Source: Octopus vulgaris
Lineage: Eukaryota
Assembly: GCA_951406725.2 (NCBI GenBank)
Contig: OX597830.1
Span: 45,508,001-45,572,000, forward strand
Direction of reading: 5' to 3'
DNA length: 64,000 nt
The notes beneath the pieces are model-generated. The model saw nothing but the letters and a program-made list of their open reading frames with translations. It was not told the DNA's origin and made no database searches. This document shows, in pieces, positions 13,865 to 25,993 of this stretch. How positions within the stretch are numbered: the first letter of the stretch is position 1; every line of letters begins with the position of its first letter. Position numbers and translations under genes: made by a program.

Positions 13865-14286
13865 TTTGACAACAAATTGAAAATGCTGCTCCTAGAATGA
13901 AATAGAAAAAAAAACAAATAGAAATTGATAATAATATGTAACACGAATGGTTACTAGATGTATAGAAGAAAGGTGAAGTTAAGTGATTACAAGTGAAAAT
14001 AATTGATGTTGTTAGTTTTAACAATTATAACAACATCGACAAGGATGAGGAGGAGGTATTGTCATTGTGAACTTCAAAGGGGAACGGAAATGATCGTATT
14101 GATTATTAATATAAAATGCAAGAGAATTAGAAATGCATTGAAGCATGGAGCAATGAAGTAGAGTACATATCAAACAGGTGAGTGAAATACAAAAGCAGCA
14201 GAAGATAAAATCGTAAAGTACAGTATGACACCTCAGGGCAGAGAAATACAAAACACAACGGGATATAACAAATGCTTGAGAGAGAG

Positions 14287-14401
<115 letters not shown>

Positions 14402-14522
14402 ACGTGTGTAATTATATAGGTTTGTAAATCAAAGCACATTAAAATTAAGAATTATGGAAATATTATTTGCAGGGTTCTTGAATAACAAAACAGGATAATG
14501 AAAATTTTTGGGCATTATTTTT

Positions 14523-14621
14523 CTCCATTACACGTGTTTCATTTGCTAATAGGAATTACAAAGATTTACATGTTCTATAGACATGTAAGGAATTTCTTAT
14601 CAGAGAAATTGACAGACAGAG
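14523..14621 (-). ncRNA. Degenerate type I hammerhead motif
   Basis: Minus strand: stem I ctctgt/atggag; damaged core (ctgtca in place of CTGATGA); long stem II with inner ttacatgt/acatgtaa; GAAA-CACGTG-TA (palindromic stem III, GUA). Confidence 0.45.
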
Positions 14622-14736
14622 GAAAATTTTTATAATAAAAAAATAAATTTGGATGAAGCTTCTATATTAATCAGGAGTGTCACAAATAGCCCCAGGGAAG
14701 GAAAGAGAACAATATACACACATTTATGCAGACATA

Positions 14737-15585
14737 CATCATTGTCATCATTGTTCGACCGTGGTTGAGACTGTAAGGGTTATGTGAATATCTCCTCTTG
14801 CACTTTTGGGGTGCAAGTTGGTGCAATCACTTTCCGTTGCTTTTATATCCAGACTCTACCAGTCAAAGAAACACAAAACGCAGACGTAAAAAATAGATAT
14901 ACTTTATTGTTTTATACCGGTGAGAAATCAGTGGTATATCTGATGTCCTTGGTTCTGGGCGCGCAAGGCTGAAAGTTAATCGATTGTAATATTTACAATG
15001 TTCAGCCGCAAAAAACAGAACGGGTCAAAATGGCGTCAAGGAGGAAGGAGATGATGTCTGCAACAATTCAGGTTAAAAGTCTTCGGCCAAAAGACTGCTG
15101 CTATCAAAACCGGAGAGAGAGCGAATTAAACGTCTGCTTTGGTGAAATGCCTGCCGCTGTCTGTCGGACGCTAATGGTCAACCTTTACGCTCCCTTGCCT
15201 CTTTGTTAAGGCTCACGCTCCCTTGCCTCTTTGTTAAGGCTCGCGCTCCCTTGCTAAGGTTACGTCAGCTAAGGCCACGTCGGCAAAATTCCCTCTTTCG
15301 GACTTCGTGTATTCGCGAGAGGGCGTTGCGCGCGCGCGCTGTTGTATACGATCACTACAAGACAATGGAATTTACTATGCTACGCCAGACTTCACGGTCC
15401 ATCGTAGCATTATGGAAATCCTGTTGCTAGATGCCTGTATCCCTGGAGATTACATCAGGGTAGGAGAGTGTGCACCCTCTGGTATCGCGAGCAGATGGCT
15501 TCCAGAGGAGAAGAATAGAAATTACCTCGTTTTCAGCTCTACAACAATGTCCAGCAAGCTGGACTCTTCTACCTTTCACAAGAGA
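14737..15585 (-). mobile_element. 5'-truncated LINE 3' end (RTE/L2-like ORF2 C-terminus) split by a solo LTR
   Basis: 15364-15585 on - reads RRVQLAGHCCRAENEVISILLLWKP..YPDVISRDTG..MDREVWRSIV and continues at 14771-14737 into a (tga)n tail. Confidence 0.75.
14772..15359 (-). mobile_element. Solo LTR (588 bp), Gypsy-like
   Basis: TGTA...TACA termini; 4-bp target-site duplication AGAC (14768-14771, 15360-15363); internal tandem units of about 28 bp (15187-15270); AATAAA on - near 14905; GC/CpG rich. Confidence 0.8.
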
Positions 15586-15917
15586 CATACACACACACAC
15601 ATATATACGCAAACATATAGATATACATATGTTCACTTACACAAACATGCACATAGATATTCTTTTCTCTCTTTTTTCCTTTATCTTTTCTCTTTTTCTG
15701 TTTTTTACTTTTTTAATATATATTTTCTCTTTATATATATCTGTTTCTTTTTATAAAAGAAAATTATATTTGGTTACAAAAATTAGAATTATAAAAATTA
15801 AAATTATATTTAATATCACAATAATGCAAACTTCAATTTCATTGTGCATACATGTATATATCTTTGTGTGTATGCATGAGTACATGTAGGTGTATGTATG
15901 CTTGTGTGTGTATATAT

Positions 15918-16128
15918 ATTTGAGCGTGGCCATTGCCAGTACCGCCTGACTGGCCCTCGTGTCGGTGGCGCGTAAAAGCACCCACTACACTCTCGGAGTG
16001 GTTGGCATTAGGAAGGGCATCCAGTTGTAGAAACTCGGCCAGATCAGGTTGGAGCCTGGTGCAGCCATCTGGTTCGCCAGTCCTCAGTCAAATCATCCAA
16101 CCCATGCTAGCATGGAAAGCGGATAGTA
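15918..16128 (+). mobile_element. Second copy of the RTE-tailed SINE-like repeat
   Basis: Near-identical to about 12018-12225. Confidence 0.75.
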
Positions 16129-16266
16129 ATTGAGATTCTAGTGAATTCTAAAGAATTCACATGAATATGGTCCTTAACTAGGATGCACCGGAAATCTATA
16201 TGGTGTTAACCATACGACAAGTGGGGTGATTACAAATAGGAAAAAAGCAGCAAGAATGGATTAAAA

Positions 16267-16353
16267 TCTCGGTACGATCGTTTCGTACGAGGACATCGTT
16301 AATAAGCTACAAAAATGCAGTGAATACAGATGGCTCGTACTCGTCAGCCGAAA
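16267..16353 (-). ncRNA. Type I hammerhead ribozyme (mirror copy in left arm)
   Basis: Reverse complement of 16564-16651 with intact core. Confidence 0.85.
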
Positions 16354-16563
16354 AAATATCAGAGAATTCCCAAACATCAAAAGGGGTAGATACAAAAGAG
16401 GTTGTAAGATTAACTGCATTGAAGAAAGTTCGATTCATGCATAAATTCTATAGGTTTAAAACCTTTCATCGGATCTCCATGAATCGAACTTTCTTCAATG
16501 CAGTTAATCTTACAACCTCTTTTGTATCTACCCCTTTTGATGTTTGGGAATTCTCTGATATTT

Positions 16564-16651
16564 TTTCGGCTGACGAGTACGAGCCATCTGTATTCACTGC
16601 ATTTTTTGTAGCTTATTAAAGATGTCCTCGTACGAAACGATCGTACCGAGA
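16564..16651 (+). ncRNA. Type I hammerhead ribozyme, canonical core
   Basis: Stem I tttcgg/ccgaga; CTGACGA 16570-16576; stem II gtacgag/ctcgtac extended by catct/agatg; GAAA 16634-16637; palindromic stem III ACGATCGT; GTA triplet. Confidence 0.85.
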
Positions 16652-16685
16652 TTTTAATCCATTCTTGCTGCTTTTTTCCTATATT

Positions 16686-16723
<38 letters not shown>

Positions 16724-16730
<7 letters not shown>

Positions 16731-17943
16731 GTATCAAAAAGTAGATGGCAGCATGCAGAGTAAGAGCTAGCAGTGACCTTCATAAGGCAGTGTGCCAAGT
16801 GACATTGTTGTGTTTACATTGCAAGTTGTGAAATTTGTGTTTTTGTGATCACACATGTCTACTGTAGTCTATGATTTTGTCATGGACAGAAACAAAGAGC
16901 CAATGTGAAATTTTGCGTTAAACTTGGGAAGTCGTCTGCTACAGAGACATTGAGCTTATGGTGATGAGGCAATGGGTCGTATGCAATGTTCCAAGTAGTA
17001 TGGGTGCTTCAAAAGCAGAAGAATATCCCTGGAAGACGATGAGCGATTTTGAAGACCTGCCATGAGTGTCACCTCCAGAAATGTGGAGAAAATTCATCCA
17101 CTTGTGCATGAGGATCGTTGGAGGACAATCAACGATATTGCTGATGTTGTTGGTCTGTCGTATGGGTCCATGCAGGCAATCCTAATGTCTGAACTGAACA
17201 TGCAGCATGTCTCTTCCAAGTTTGTCCACTACCACTGACCACGCGTCGAAGTCTGTCAAGACCTCCATCTGCATACCGCTGATGACCCATCCTTCATGTC
17301 GAGGATTATCACCAGTGACAGGAGTTTGATCTACGGATATGCCCCTGAGATGAAGCAGCAGTCGTCACAATGGAAGAGCCCTTCATCTCCACGACCAAAG
17401 AAGGCACCACAGAGCTGCAGCTCAATCAAGAGCATTCTTATCGGGTTTTTTTTCCGACATCCATTGTACTGTGCATCGAGAATTCATCCCCCAAGGCCAG
17501 ACCATCAATGAAGAATACTACATCGATGTTTCGAAGCATATGAAAGAGGAGATTTGGCAAAAGCGAGCGGATCTGTGGAGATTCTTCACAACAACATTGC
17601 ACCCTGTCACTAGTTTCTTGCAAAAAAAACAAAAAACATAGTATCCCCTCTTCTGCACCCGTCTTTTTCCCCAGATTGAGCACCTGTGAACTTCCATCTC
17701 TTCCCCAAGATGAAAATGTAGCTCAGAGGTTGCCGTTTTAACACCGTTGTCGAAATTAAGAGCGAATTGCAAAATGTCCTCGATTCGCTTACAGAAAACG
17801 ACTTCGAGGTTGGATCCCAAAAGTGACTGGGACCAGTGTATTCTTGCGCAAGGTAACTATTTCAAAGGAGGTGGTGTCCAAAATGTAGGTAAATAAGTTA
17901 TTTTTTATTAAATATAATTTGTCTGCGAACTTATCGATATTCC
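16724..17943 (+). mobile_element. Decayed mariner transposon, about 1.2 kb
   Basis: Fragments RIITSDRSLIYGYAPEMKQQSSQWKSPSSPRPKK..KSILIGFF and a relic of the YSPDLAP..FHLFPKMK segment; degenerate TIRs (gtggtatcaaaaagt / acttatcgatattcc); many stops and frameshifts. Confidence 0.85.
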
Positions 17944-18195
17944 AAAAAGATAGATATATTGAGACCGGTTATATTTTAAATCACTCACTGTAATGAAAAT
18001 ATCAAACATTCTCTCAAATATACTTTTGTGCTTTTTCTAACTTTAATGACTTTTTAACCATAATTTTTGATTTGTATGGACTTTTAACCCCTTTTCAAAC
18101 ACACATACACACACATACATTCAAATATATAGAGAGAGGTAAACTAGTTAGTTGTAAAATCTCATAAAGGGACCAGAGTAGTAACTATACTAAAT

Positions 18196-18522
18196 TGTAA
18201 AGCCAGTCGCCACTTCAAAGTGGCTGTTGCAAATCAGTAACCAATGGTCACTTTGTTTACAATATATTGTTATTGTTAGCGGACTGGCTATCGCTCTGGC
18301 ATACAAGTGCTCACGACAGGGGATGAGCCAGATAGCTCGAAACTGAATCAGTCTCACGATCCTGATACCTGCCAGAGGGTGGTAGGGGTTCGCTGCCCCT
18401 ACTAACAGCATATTGAATATAAAGGGTACAGTTACACCGATAACCAGCTAGTGGAGAATCTGCCTGGGGTTAAACAAGTAGTAACATTCAATAGCCACTT
18501 TGAAGTGGCGACTGGCTTTACA
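18196..18522. repeat. 30-bp perfect inverted repeat enclosing a degenerate HHR-like motif
   Basis: tgtaaagccagtcgccacttcaaagtggct (18196-18225) and its reverse complement (18493-18522); inside, gatGAGCcagataGCTC-GAAA-CTGAATCA-GTC. Confidence 0.7.
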
Positions 18523-18559
18523 GTTATATATATTTATATTTGGTTAACGAGAGAGACAT

Positions 18560-19131
18560 AAGATGGAAGATATGAGAATCTTTATTGATCACTACAATTT
18601 ACAATTGTTTCGAACCATCTAGCATCGTTCTCTCATGGGTGGGATACTGAACATCTGGTTTAGGTGTATCCGTTACTGTAGATCTGTCTCCTCAGATGAT
18701 TTCAAATAGTATCTCGATAAAATAAACTGTTTCATATGCTTTTATGTGCTTGGGCGTTTGTACGAGCGAGTTTACGTATGCCAAACCACATAGGTGTGGG
18801 CATTTATACATCCATATCTACTAACGGTTATATCTAATACGTTTTCACTGTATTGTGTATTTGTTTCTTTTTGCGTCTGATATCTGTTCTGGATCTTCTA
18901 TTAGTATGAAGCTGTATACCTTAATTTGCCATTTAGATATACGAAGGCCAAGAAGAAATCTTGCAAAACAGTATATTTTATCAAGATACCTCTTGAAATC
19001 GCCTGATGAGACACATCTACACCGACGGATACACCTACACCAGATGTTCAGTATCCCACCTGCGAGGGAGCGCTACTAGATGGGTCGAAACAATTATAGT
19101 GATCAATAAAGATTTTCGTATCTTCCGTCTT
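18560..19131. repeat. Diverged inverted repeat (arms about 170 bp) with two outward-facing HHRs
   Basis: 18560-18732 versus 18966-19131; the arms are clearly homologous but more diverged than those at 16236-16682. Confidence 0.85.
18998..19103 (+). ncRNA. Type I hammerhead motif
   Basis: Stem I atcgc/gtgat; CTGATGA 19003-19009; stem II gacacatcta/tagatgggtc; GAAA 19087-19090; caatt-ATA. The mirror copy on - at about 18588-18700 has CTGAGGA and GAAACAATTGTA. Confidence 0.7.
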
Positions 19132-19224
19132 TGTCATTAATCAAGTACCCAACGAACACTGGGCCAATGAAGGTGCTTTACCAGCAAACTACCTGGTTTA
19201 TATCATACGATTTAATAAGAAGAA

Positions 19225-19468
19225 TTTCTAGTCGAATGTATCGACCCCAGTAGTTATTTTTAAAAAGCCTGGTACTTGTTCTATCAGTCTCTTTTGGCGA
19301 ACTGTTAGATTATGGGAACGTAAACACACCAGCACCGATTGTCAAGCAATAGTGGGGGGGTAGGCGGGGGCACAGACACAAACACATACTCACACACACA
19401 CACACACACACACACACATGCATATATACAACAGGTTTCTTTCAGAAGACGTGCCCAAGATGCCATGC
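19225..19468 (-). mobile_element. tRNA-derived SINE family A, partial
   Basis: Matches the body and tail of the copies at 41209 and 62433. Confidence 0.65.
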
Positions 19469-19538
19469 TTGTGTATGTGTGTATGAATGTTTGTGTATAT
19501 ATGTGCGTGTGCGTGTATACATACATACACAAACACAC

Positions 19539-19574
<36 letters not shown>

Positions 19575-19575
19575 A

Positions 19576-19714
19576 GGCGTAGGAGTGGCTGTGTGGTAAG
19601 TAGCTTGCTTACCAACCACATGGTTCTGGGTTCAGTCCCACAGCATGGCACCTTGGGCAACGGGCTGACCAAAGCCTTGTGAGTGAATTTAGTAAACGGA
19701 AACTGAAAGAAGCC
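19576..19714 (+). mobile_element. tRNA-derived SINE family A, 5' part
   Basis: ggcgtaggagtggctgtgtggtaag (A-box-like) ... gggttcagtccc (B-box-like) ... ggaaactgaaagaagcc. Confidence 0.8.
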
Positions 19715-20240
19715 TTATATTTTACAATCTAAGGAAATATAACTAATTCCTCACTTTTGCTTCTTTCTGATTTCTTTTTCGTTTTCCGGTTTCTTGACCT
19801 TCCACCTTTTATATCTACTTATTTCTCACTTATTCTCTCATCCTATCGTCCCATTTTAGTTCCTTTTGCCGTGTGTACAATGTCTGATGATTGTGCTAGG
19901 ACATCAGACGTGTTAAAAAACAGTTTGGCATGCTTTCAGTACAAGAAGCTAATAGTAGCACATAAAAACATCCATTGTGTTTATTAAATATTTATCTCGC
20001 ACTAGATAGAGTACTTATTTTGTTGATCTTACCATCATTACACTATGTATGTATGTATGTATGTATGTATGTATGTATGTATGTATGTATGTATGTATGT
20101 ATGTATGTATGTATGTATGTATGTGTATGTGTGTGAGTGTATATATATATGTGTGTGTGTGTGTATGTGTGTTAAATAAAATGAGACAACAAAGCCAAGG
20201 CTGTGTGGAATTTTCAGGACATTTATGACGAGAAAGTTAG

Positions 20241-20286
20241 TCTTACAGCTGTTTCTGGGATATTAGGGATATCCCTTCATCAGAGA
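20241..20286 (-). ncRNA. Minimal type I hammerhead motif
   Basis: Minus strand: tct-CTGATGA-a-gggatat/atatccc-a-GAAA-CAGCTG-TA-aga; palindromic stem III; short stem I. Confidence 0.7.
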
Positions 20287-20939
20287 TGATGTGAGATGAG
20301 ATATCTGTTTTCAGGACTGGGTAGCAAACTGTTTTTTAATTGAATGAATTGGTGTCGCTAACATGGAGAAATGTTTATTTATCGAAAAAGAATCCATTAC
20401 ATTGTTTAAGATATGTTTGTATATCGAAAGAGAGGCCCTTCATACAAGATTGCAGGGAGATGGGGGCCTCTCTATTTTGAGTAATCCATACCCTTCGTAG
20501 CAGAGACCGTTGATGTAGAGGGGGCCTGGGGCAATTTTCCCTCCACCCTTTATAAATCCGGTCCTGGTAGCACCTTCTCCTCTAGCTTCGGACCGCCAAA
20601 GCCTGGTCAGTGGATTTGGTAACCGGAAACTAAAATATTCAAGTTTTATGCTTTGTAATTTGTGTCAATTGAGAAAGGGAGCGTATGTGTGTATGTGTGT
20701 GCTTGTGCATCGGTGTGTTTCATGAAAATATTGTATACATAATAAATGATGTAACAGCTTCGTTTCCAATACAAAAAGACAAACACTGACCGATGGCTTG
20801 AACATTTCCCAGCAAAATTGGCAGCCAGCCAGCCAGCCGGCCAGCATGCCACTTCTCGTCTGATTAGCTTCAGTTTTGATTTCCTTTCCGATCACTTTGC
20901 TATCATGAATATTAATGGCACTAATAATCTCTCCCTCTT

Positions 20940-20981
<42 letters not shown>

Positions 20982-21144
20982 ACTTTCTCTCTTTCTCTCT
21001 GTCTCTTTCATTCCCTCTCTCCCTTCCTCCTTCCCCTCCCCCTCTTTTTTCTTTCTCTCTCTCTCTCTTATCTCTCTTTCTCACTCTGTCTCCCTCTCTT
21101 TCTCTCTCTTGCTTTCTTCCTTTCTCTCTCTCTCACCCTCTCTT

Positions 21145-21227
<83 letters not shown>

Positions 21228-21821
21228 AACAGCTCCTGTGCATCCCAAGGCCGTGTTCTTTTCCTCAAGCTCCTCCCAATTTATTTCAGCGATGGACACA
21301 CCTCCTTGTAACGCCCTCCCTTTCTACACCGAACCTATATCAAGAAACGATCTCAACACCTCTTACTGATAATCACATCAATCTTATAATAACCAAACCA
21401 ACGAAAGGGTCTGTATTGGAGGTCGATCGATCTGCAAGAAATAGCAACCAAATCTCCTTTAACAAAAACAAAATCAGATGGCCATGTCTGAAATTATTTA
21501 GCTTCTAGGCCTACTCAATCAAGAATGACAATCTTACGACAACAATCTTACGAATAGCAATCTTGAGAACATTCGGCAATGACAATTCAGCTACTTACAC
21601 ACACAAACATTTCCATTAAAACATATCAGCAACTCAGAGAACGTCATTCCTAATCCAACTTAAAACCCATCCGCTTCCGTATTAACGCAAGATTTCCCAA
21701 TTTCTTAAAACAACAATTCTCATCTCCAAGACAAGAGCAAACAGCAGCCATATGTTATGAAGCAAAGGATAACCAAACTTGCTTGATGTGTGAGCTACAT
21801 ACAATAAACTTTATATGAATA

Positions 21822-22215
21822 CTAGCAATAATGCCCAGCGCTGCTCGGGTTTGTTTCGACCCTTTAGAATTGGAATTTTTGAAAAGTAAAAATTTTGCAT
21901 TATGTAGCTTGTTATTCTCTTTGATTGAACATTTTTCTGGTTGAAATACACCAAAAAATTGTGACACAGCAGTCAAAAAATCGTAAAAAATAGGGATTTT
22001 CATAGAAAAAAAAAGCACCTTTTTGATGTAAATAATTTTTGGTTTTAACATGGTCCGATTTGAATTTTATCTTCTACGGAATGAAGAGCAAGCCTTATTC
22101 TATCATACTCTCAATTTTGGTCAACTTGCACCGCAGGGTCTCTGAGGAGATAGTGTTAATTGAAGGCTACCAAACCTGCGACACACAGACAACTTCAGTT
22201 TTATATAGAGAGAGA
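21822..22215 (-). mobile_element. Non-autonomous Helitron
   Basis: Minus strand A|TC start and CTAG|T end; subterminal hairpin cccgagc..gctggg; homologous to 46585-46898. Confidence 0.8.
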
Positions 22216-22800
22216 TTTAGAAAATATATGCACAGAATGATATTTATTCATGTATATGGCTTTTCTTAAACTGCTAAGTTGTATTAGTTTTGGTAATCAC
22301 AAAGTACACATATCTATCATCTATCATCTTGAGTGATGATTGTTTTAAGTACATTAAGATTATATTTAATATGGTGAAGGAGCATGGAGAACATCTTAGA
22401 AAAATGTTACGAATTAGCGTTTCTGTAACATAAAATCAGACAGCCAAGAAGAAAAAAAAAACATCAGAAGGAGAAAGAAAAAGTTATTTGAATACTATTT
22501 GTCTTAGCAAACAAATATCTATCCAAAATATGGAGAAGAATATGTAAAAGAAAGAAAGAAAGATAGAAAGAAAGAAGCCGACTGGTTCGACTCACGTTAC
22601 GAAACTAGACTTAGGACAATGCTACAATTATCAAATTGTTATACAAGTCACTATTTACTGTTAGTAGAGTTTTTGTGAATCTCCTGGCCATGAGCCGTTG
22701 TAAGTCGGATCTATATTTTATTATGTTTTATACGAATTATCTGGCTGTTGGGTGTTTGAATTGATTGCGTGCACGATGCTTCGATCCCACAAACTTCATT

Positions 22801-23023
22801 ACCTATTTCTTTATTACCCACAAGGGGCTAAACATAGAGGGGACAAACAAGGACAGACATAGGTATTATGTCGATTACATCAACCCCAGTGCGTAACTGG
22901 TACTTAATTTATCGACCCCGAAAGGATGAAAGGCAAAGTCGACCTCGGCGGAATTTGAACTCACAGCGTAGCGGCAGACGAAATACCGCTAAGCATTTCG
23001 CCCGGCGCGCTAACGATTCTGCC
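22801..23023 (-). mobile_element. tRNA-derived SINE family B
   Basis: Reverse complement of 47547-47781 (gagttcaaattccgccgaggtcgactttgcctttcatcctttcggggtcgat core). Confidence 0.85.
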
Positions 23024-23824
23024 AACCAAAGTACAATAGAGTCACACACGAGTTTTCCATCACTCAGTACTAGACCTGTATTTGTGAGTCATTTTTAGAA
23101 GTTCTCCTTGAATTCTGTTAGTTTAGTTCCATTTTCACAGCAGAGGATTCTGAAACCACCCGTTCGAGAATTGAACTCTCATTTATCACATCAACTATGA
23201 ACGGATTTACAAGAAATACAAAGTTAGGTTTCCGTTCTGCGAGTCATCGAACCTGGCCCATAAATTATCAAGCAATCTTTGTATTCTTCTAGTATTTAGT
23301 CTTTTATTTCAATATCAAGAAATGAATTTACTTTCCTGACCAAGTCTGAGAAAGGGAATTAAGTTTCTTAGCAATAGGTTTCTTGCAAGCTGATAATTAT
23401 GTGTGAGAGTCAGATCAAAAGACAATTGTATCCTTCTCCTGGAGTGTTATGTTGAGAGCGTGCAAATAATTCATTATACCAATGACAATGACAATTCAGC
23501 TACGTACACACACGCAAACATTTTCATTAAAACATATCAGCAACTCAGAGAACGTCATTCCTAATCCAACTTAAAACTCATCCGCTTCCGTATTAACGCA
23601 AGATTTCCCAATTTCTTAAAACAACAATTCTCATCTCCAAGACAAGAGCAAACAGCAGCCATATGTTATAAAGCAAAGGATAACCAAACTTGCTTGATGA
23701 GTGAGCTACATACAATAAACTTTATATGAATACTAGCAATATCAGTAACTCAGAGAAAAGGATCTTTCGTTTTCTTTAAGAAAAGTAATAAGAACCGACA
23801 GACTCACAAGCCTGTTCAAAACAT

Positions 23825-25993
23825 TGTAGTTGAGAGAGACTTCACTGAGTTATGCTCTCAATGTACTTGAGAGAAAATTCACTGAGTTATGTCTCTCAAT
23901 GTACTTGTGAGAGACTTCACTGAGTTATGTCTCCCGGTGTAGTTGAGAAAGACTTCACTGAGTTATGTCTCCCAATGTAGTTGAGAGAGACTTCACTGAA
24001 TTATGTCTCAATGTAGTTGAGAGAGACTTCACTGAGTTATGTCTCTCAATGTAGTTGAGAGAGACTTCACTGAGTTATGTCTCCCAATGTAGTTGAGAGA
24101 GACTTCCTTGAGTTATGTCTCCCAATGTAGTTGAGAGAGACTTCACTGAGTTATGTCTCTCGATGTAGTTGAGAGAGACTTCACTGAGTTATGTCTCCCA
24201 ATGTAGTTCAGAGAGACTTCACTTAGTTTTGTCTCCCAATGTAGTTCAGAGAGACTTCACTGAGTTATGTCTCCCAATGTAGTTGAGAGAGACTTCCTTG
24301 AGTTATGTCTCCCAATGTAGTTGAGAAAGACTTCACTGAGTAATATCTCCCAATGTAGTTGAGAGAGACTTCAGTGAGTTATGTCTCCCAATGTAGTTGA
24401 GAGAGACTTTACGGTGCTATGTCTCCCAATGTAGTTGAGAGAGACTTCACTGAGTTATGTCTCAATGTAGTTGAGAGAGACTTCACTTAGTTTTGTCTCC
24501 TAATGTAGTTGAGAGAGACTTCACTGAGTTATGTCTCCCAATGTAGTTGAGAGAGACTTCCTTGAGTTATGTCTCCCAATGTAGTTGAGAAAGACTTCAC
24601 TGAGTTATGTCTCCCAATGTAGTTGAGAGAGGCTTCACTGAGTTATGTCTCCCAATGTAGTTGAGAGAGGCTTAACTGAGTTATGTCTCTCAATGTAGTT
24701 GAGAGAGACTTCGGTGAGTTATGTCTCTCAATGTAGTTGAGAGAAACTTCACTGAGTTATGTCTCCCAATGTAGTTGAGAGAGACTTCACTGAGTTAGGT
24801 CTCCCAATGTACTTGAAAGAAACTTAACTGAGTTATATCTCTCAATGTAGTTGAGAGAGACTTCACTGTGTTATGTCTCCCAATGTAGTTGAGAGAGACT
24901 TCGGTGAGTTATGTCTCCCAATGTAGTTGAGAGAGACTTCTCTGAGTTATGTCTCTCAATGTAGTTGAGAGAGACTTCACTGAGTTATGTCTCCCAATGT
25001 AGTTGAGAGAGACTTCAGTGAGTTATGTCTCCCAGTGTAGTTGAGAGAGACTTTACTGAGTTATGTCTCTCAATGTACTTGAGAGAGACTTCACTGAGTT
25101 ATGTCTCCCAATGTAGTTGAGAGAGACTTCACTGAGTTATGTCTCAATGTAGTTGAGAGAGACTTCACTGAGTTATGTCTCCCAATGTAGTTGAGAGAGA
25201 CTTCACTGAGTTATGTCTCAATGTAGTTCAGAAAGACTTCACTTAGTTTTGTCTCTCAATGTAGTTGAGAGAGGCTTCACTGAGTTATGTCTCCCAATGT
25301 AGTTGAGAGAGGCTTTACTGAGTTATGTCTCTCAATGTAGTTGAGAGAGACTTCGGTGAGTTATGTCTCTCAATGTAGTTGAGAGAGACTTCACTGAGTT
25401 ATGTCTCCCAATGTAGTTGAGAGAGACTTCCTTGAGTTATGTCTCCCAATGTAGTTGAGAGAGACTTCCTTGAGTTATGTCTACCAATGTAGTTGAGAGA
25501 GACTTCACTGAGTTATGTCTCCCAATGTAGTTGAGAGAGACTTCACTGAGTTAGGTCTCCCAATGTACTTGAAAGAAACTTAACCGAGTTATATCTCTCA
25601 ATGTAGTTGAGAGAGACTTCACTGAGTTATGTCTCCCAATGTAGTTGAGAGAGACTTCAGTGAGTTATGTCTCCCAGTGTAGTTGAGAAAGACTTCACTG
25701 AGTTATGTTTCTCAATGTAGTTGTGAGAGACGTCACTGAGTTATGTCTCCCAATGTAGTTGAGAGAAACTTCCTTGAGTTATGTCTCCCAATGTAGTTGA
25801 GAGAGACTTTACTGAGTTATGTCTCTCAATGTACTTGAGAGAGACTTCACTGAGTTATGTCTCCCAATGTAGTTGAGAGAGACTTCACTGAGTTATGTCT
25901 CAATGTAGTTGAGAGAGACTTCACTGAGTTATGTCTCCCAATGTAGTTGAGAGACTTCAGTGAGTTATGTCTCTCAATGTAGTTGAAAGAGAC
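23825..25993 (+). repeat. Tandem minisatellite/satellite, 38-bp unit, about 57 copies
   Basis: Consensus aatgtagttgagagagacttcactgagttatgtctc(c/t)c; occasional 36-bp units. Confidence 0.97.

Larger units (their letters stand above)
16236..16682. repeat. Near-perfect palindrome (arms about 204 bp, 38-bp spacer) carrying two outward-facing HHRs
   Basis: 16236-16439 is the reverse complement of 16478-16682 with very few differences. Confidence 0.95.
21577..23741 (+). repeat. Dispersed direct duplication of about 255 bp (21577-21830 and 23486-23741)
   Basis: caatgacaattcagctac...tttatatgaatactagcaata occurs twice, nearly identical. Confidence 0.92.

Noticed and set aside
14772-15580. Longer 809-bp LTR ending at tttcaca
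   Set aside because: 15364-15585 is LINE ORF2 sequence; the exact AGAC duplication places the LTR end at 15359.
16320-16724. ORFs of 99 and 104 aa on opposite strands
   Set aside because: Products of the palindrome; no protein-family motifs recognised.
19880-19932. CTGATGA as a possible hammerhead core
   Set aside because: No GAAA and no convincing stem II.
23825-25993. CRISPR-like array of 38-bp partly palindromic repeats
   Set aside because: Units are contiguous with no unique spacers, no cas genes are present, and the context is eukaryotic.
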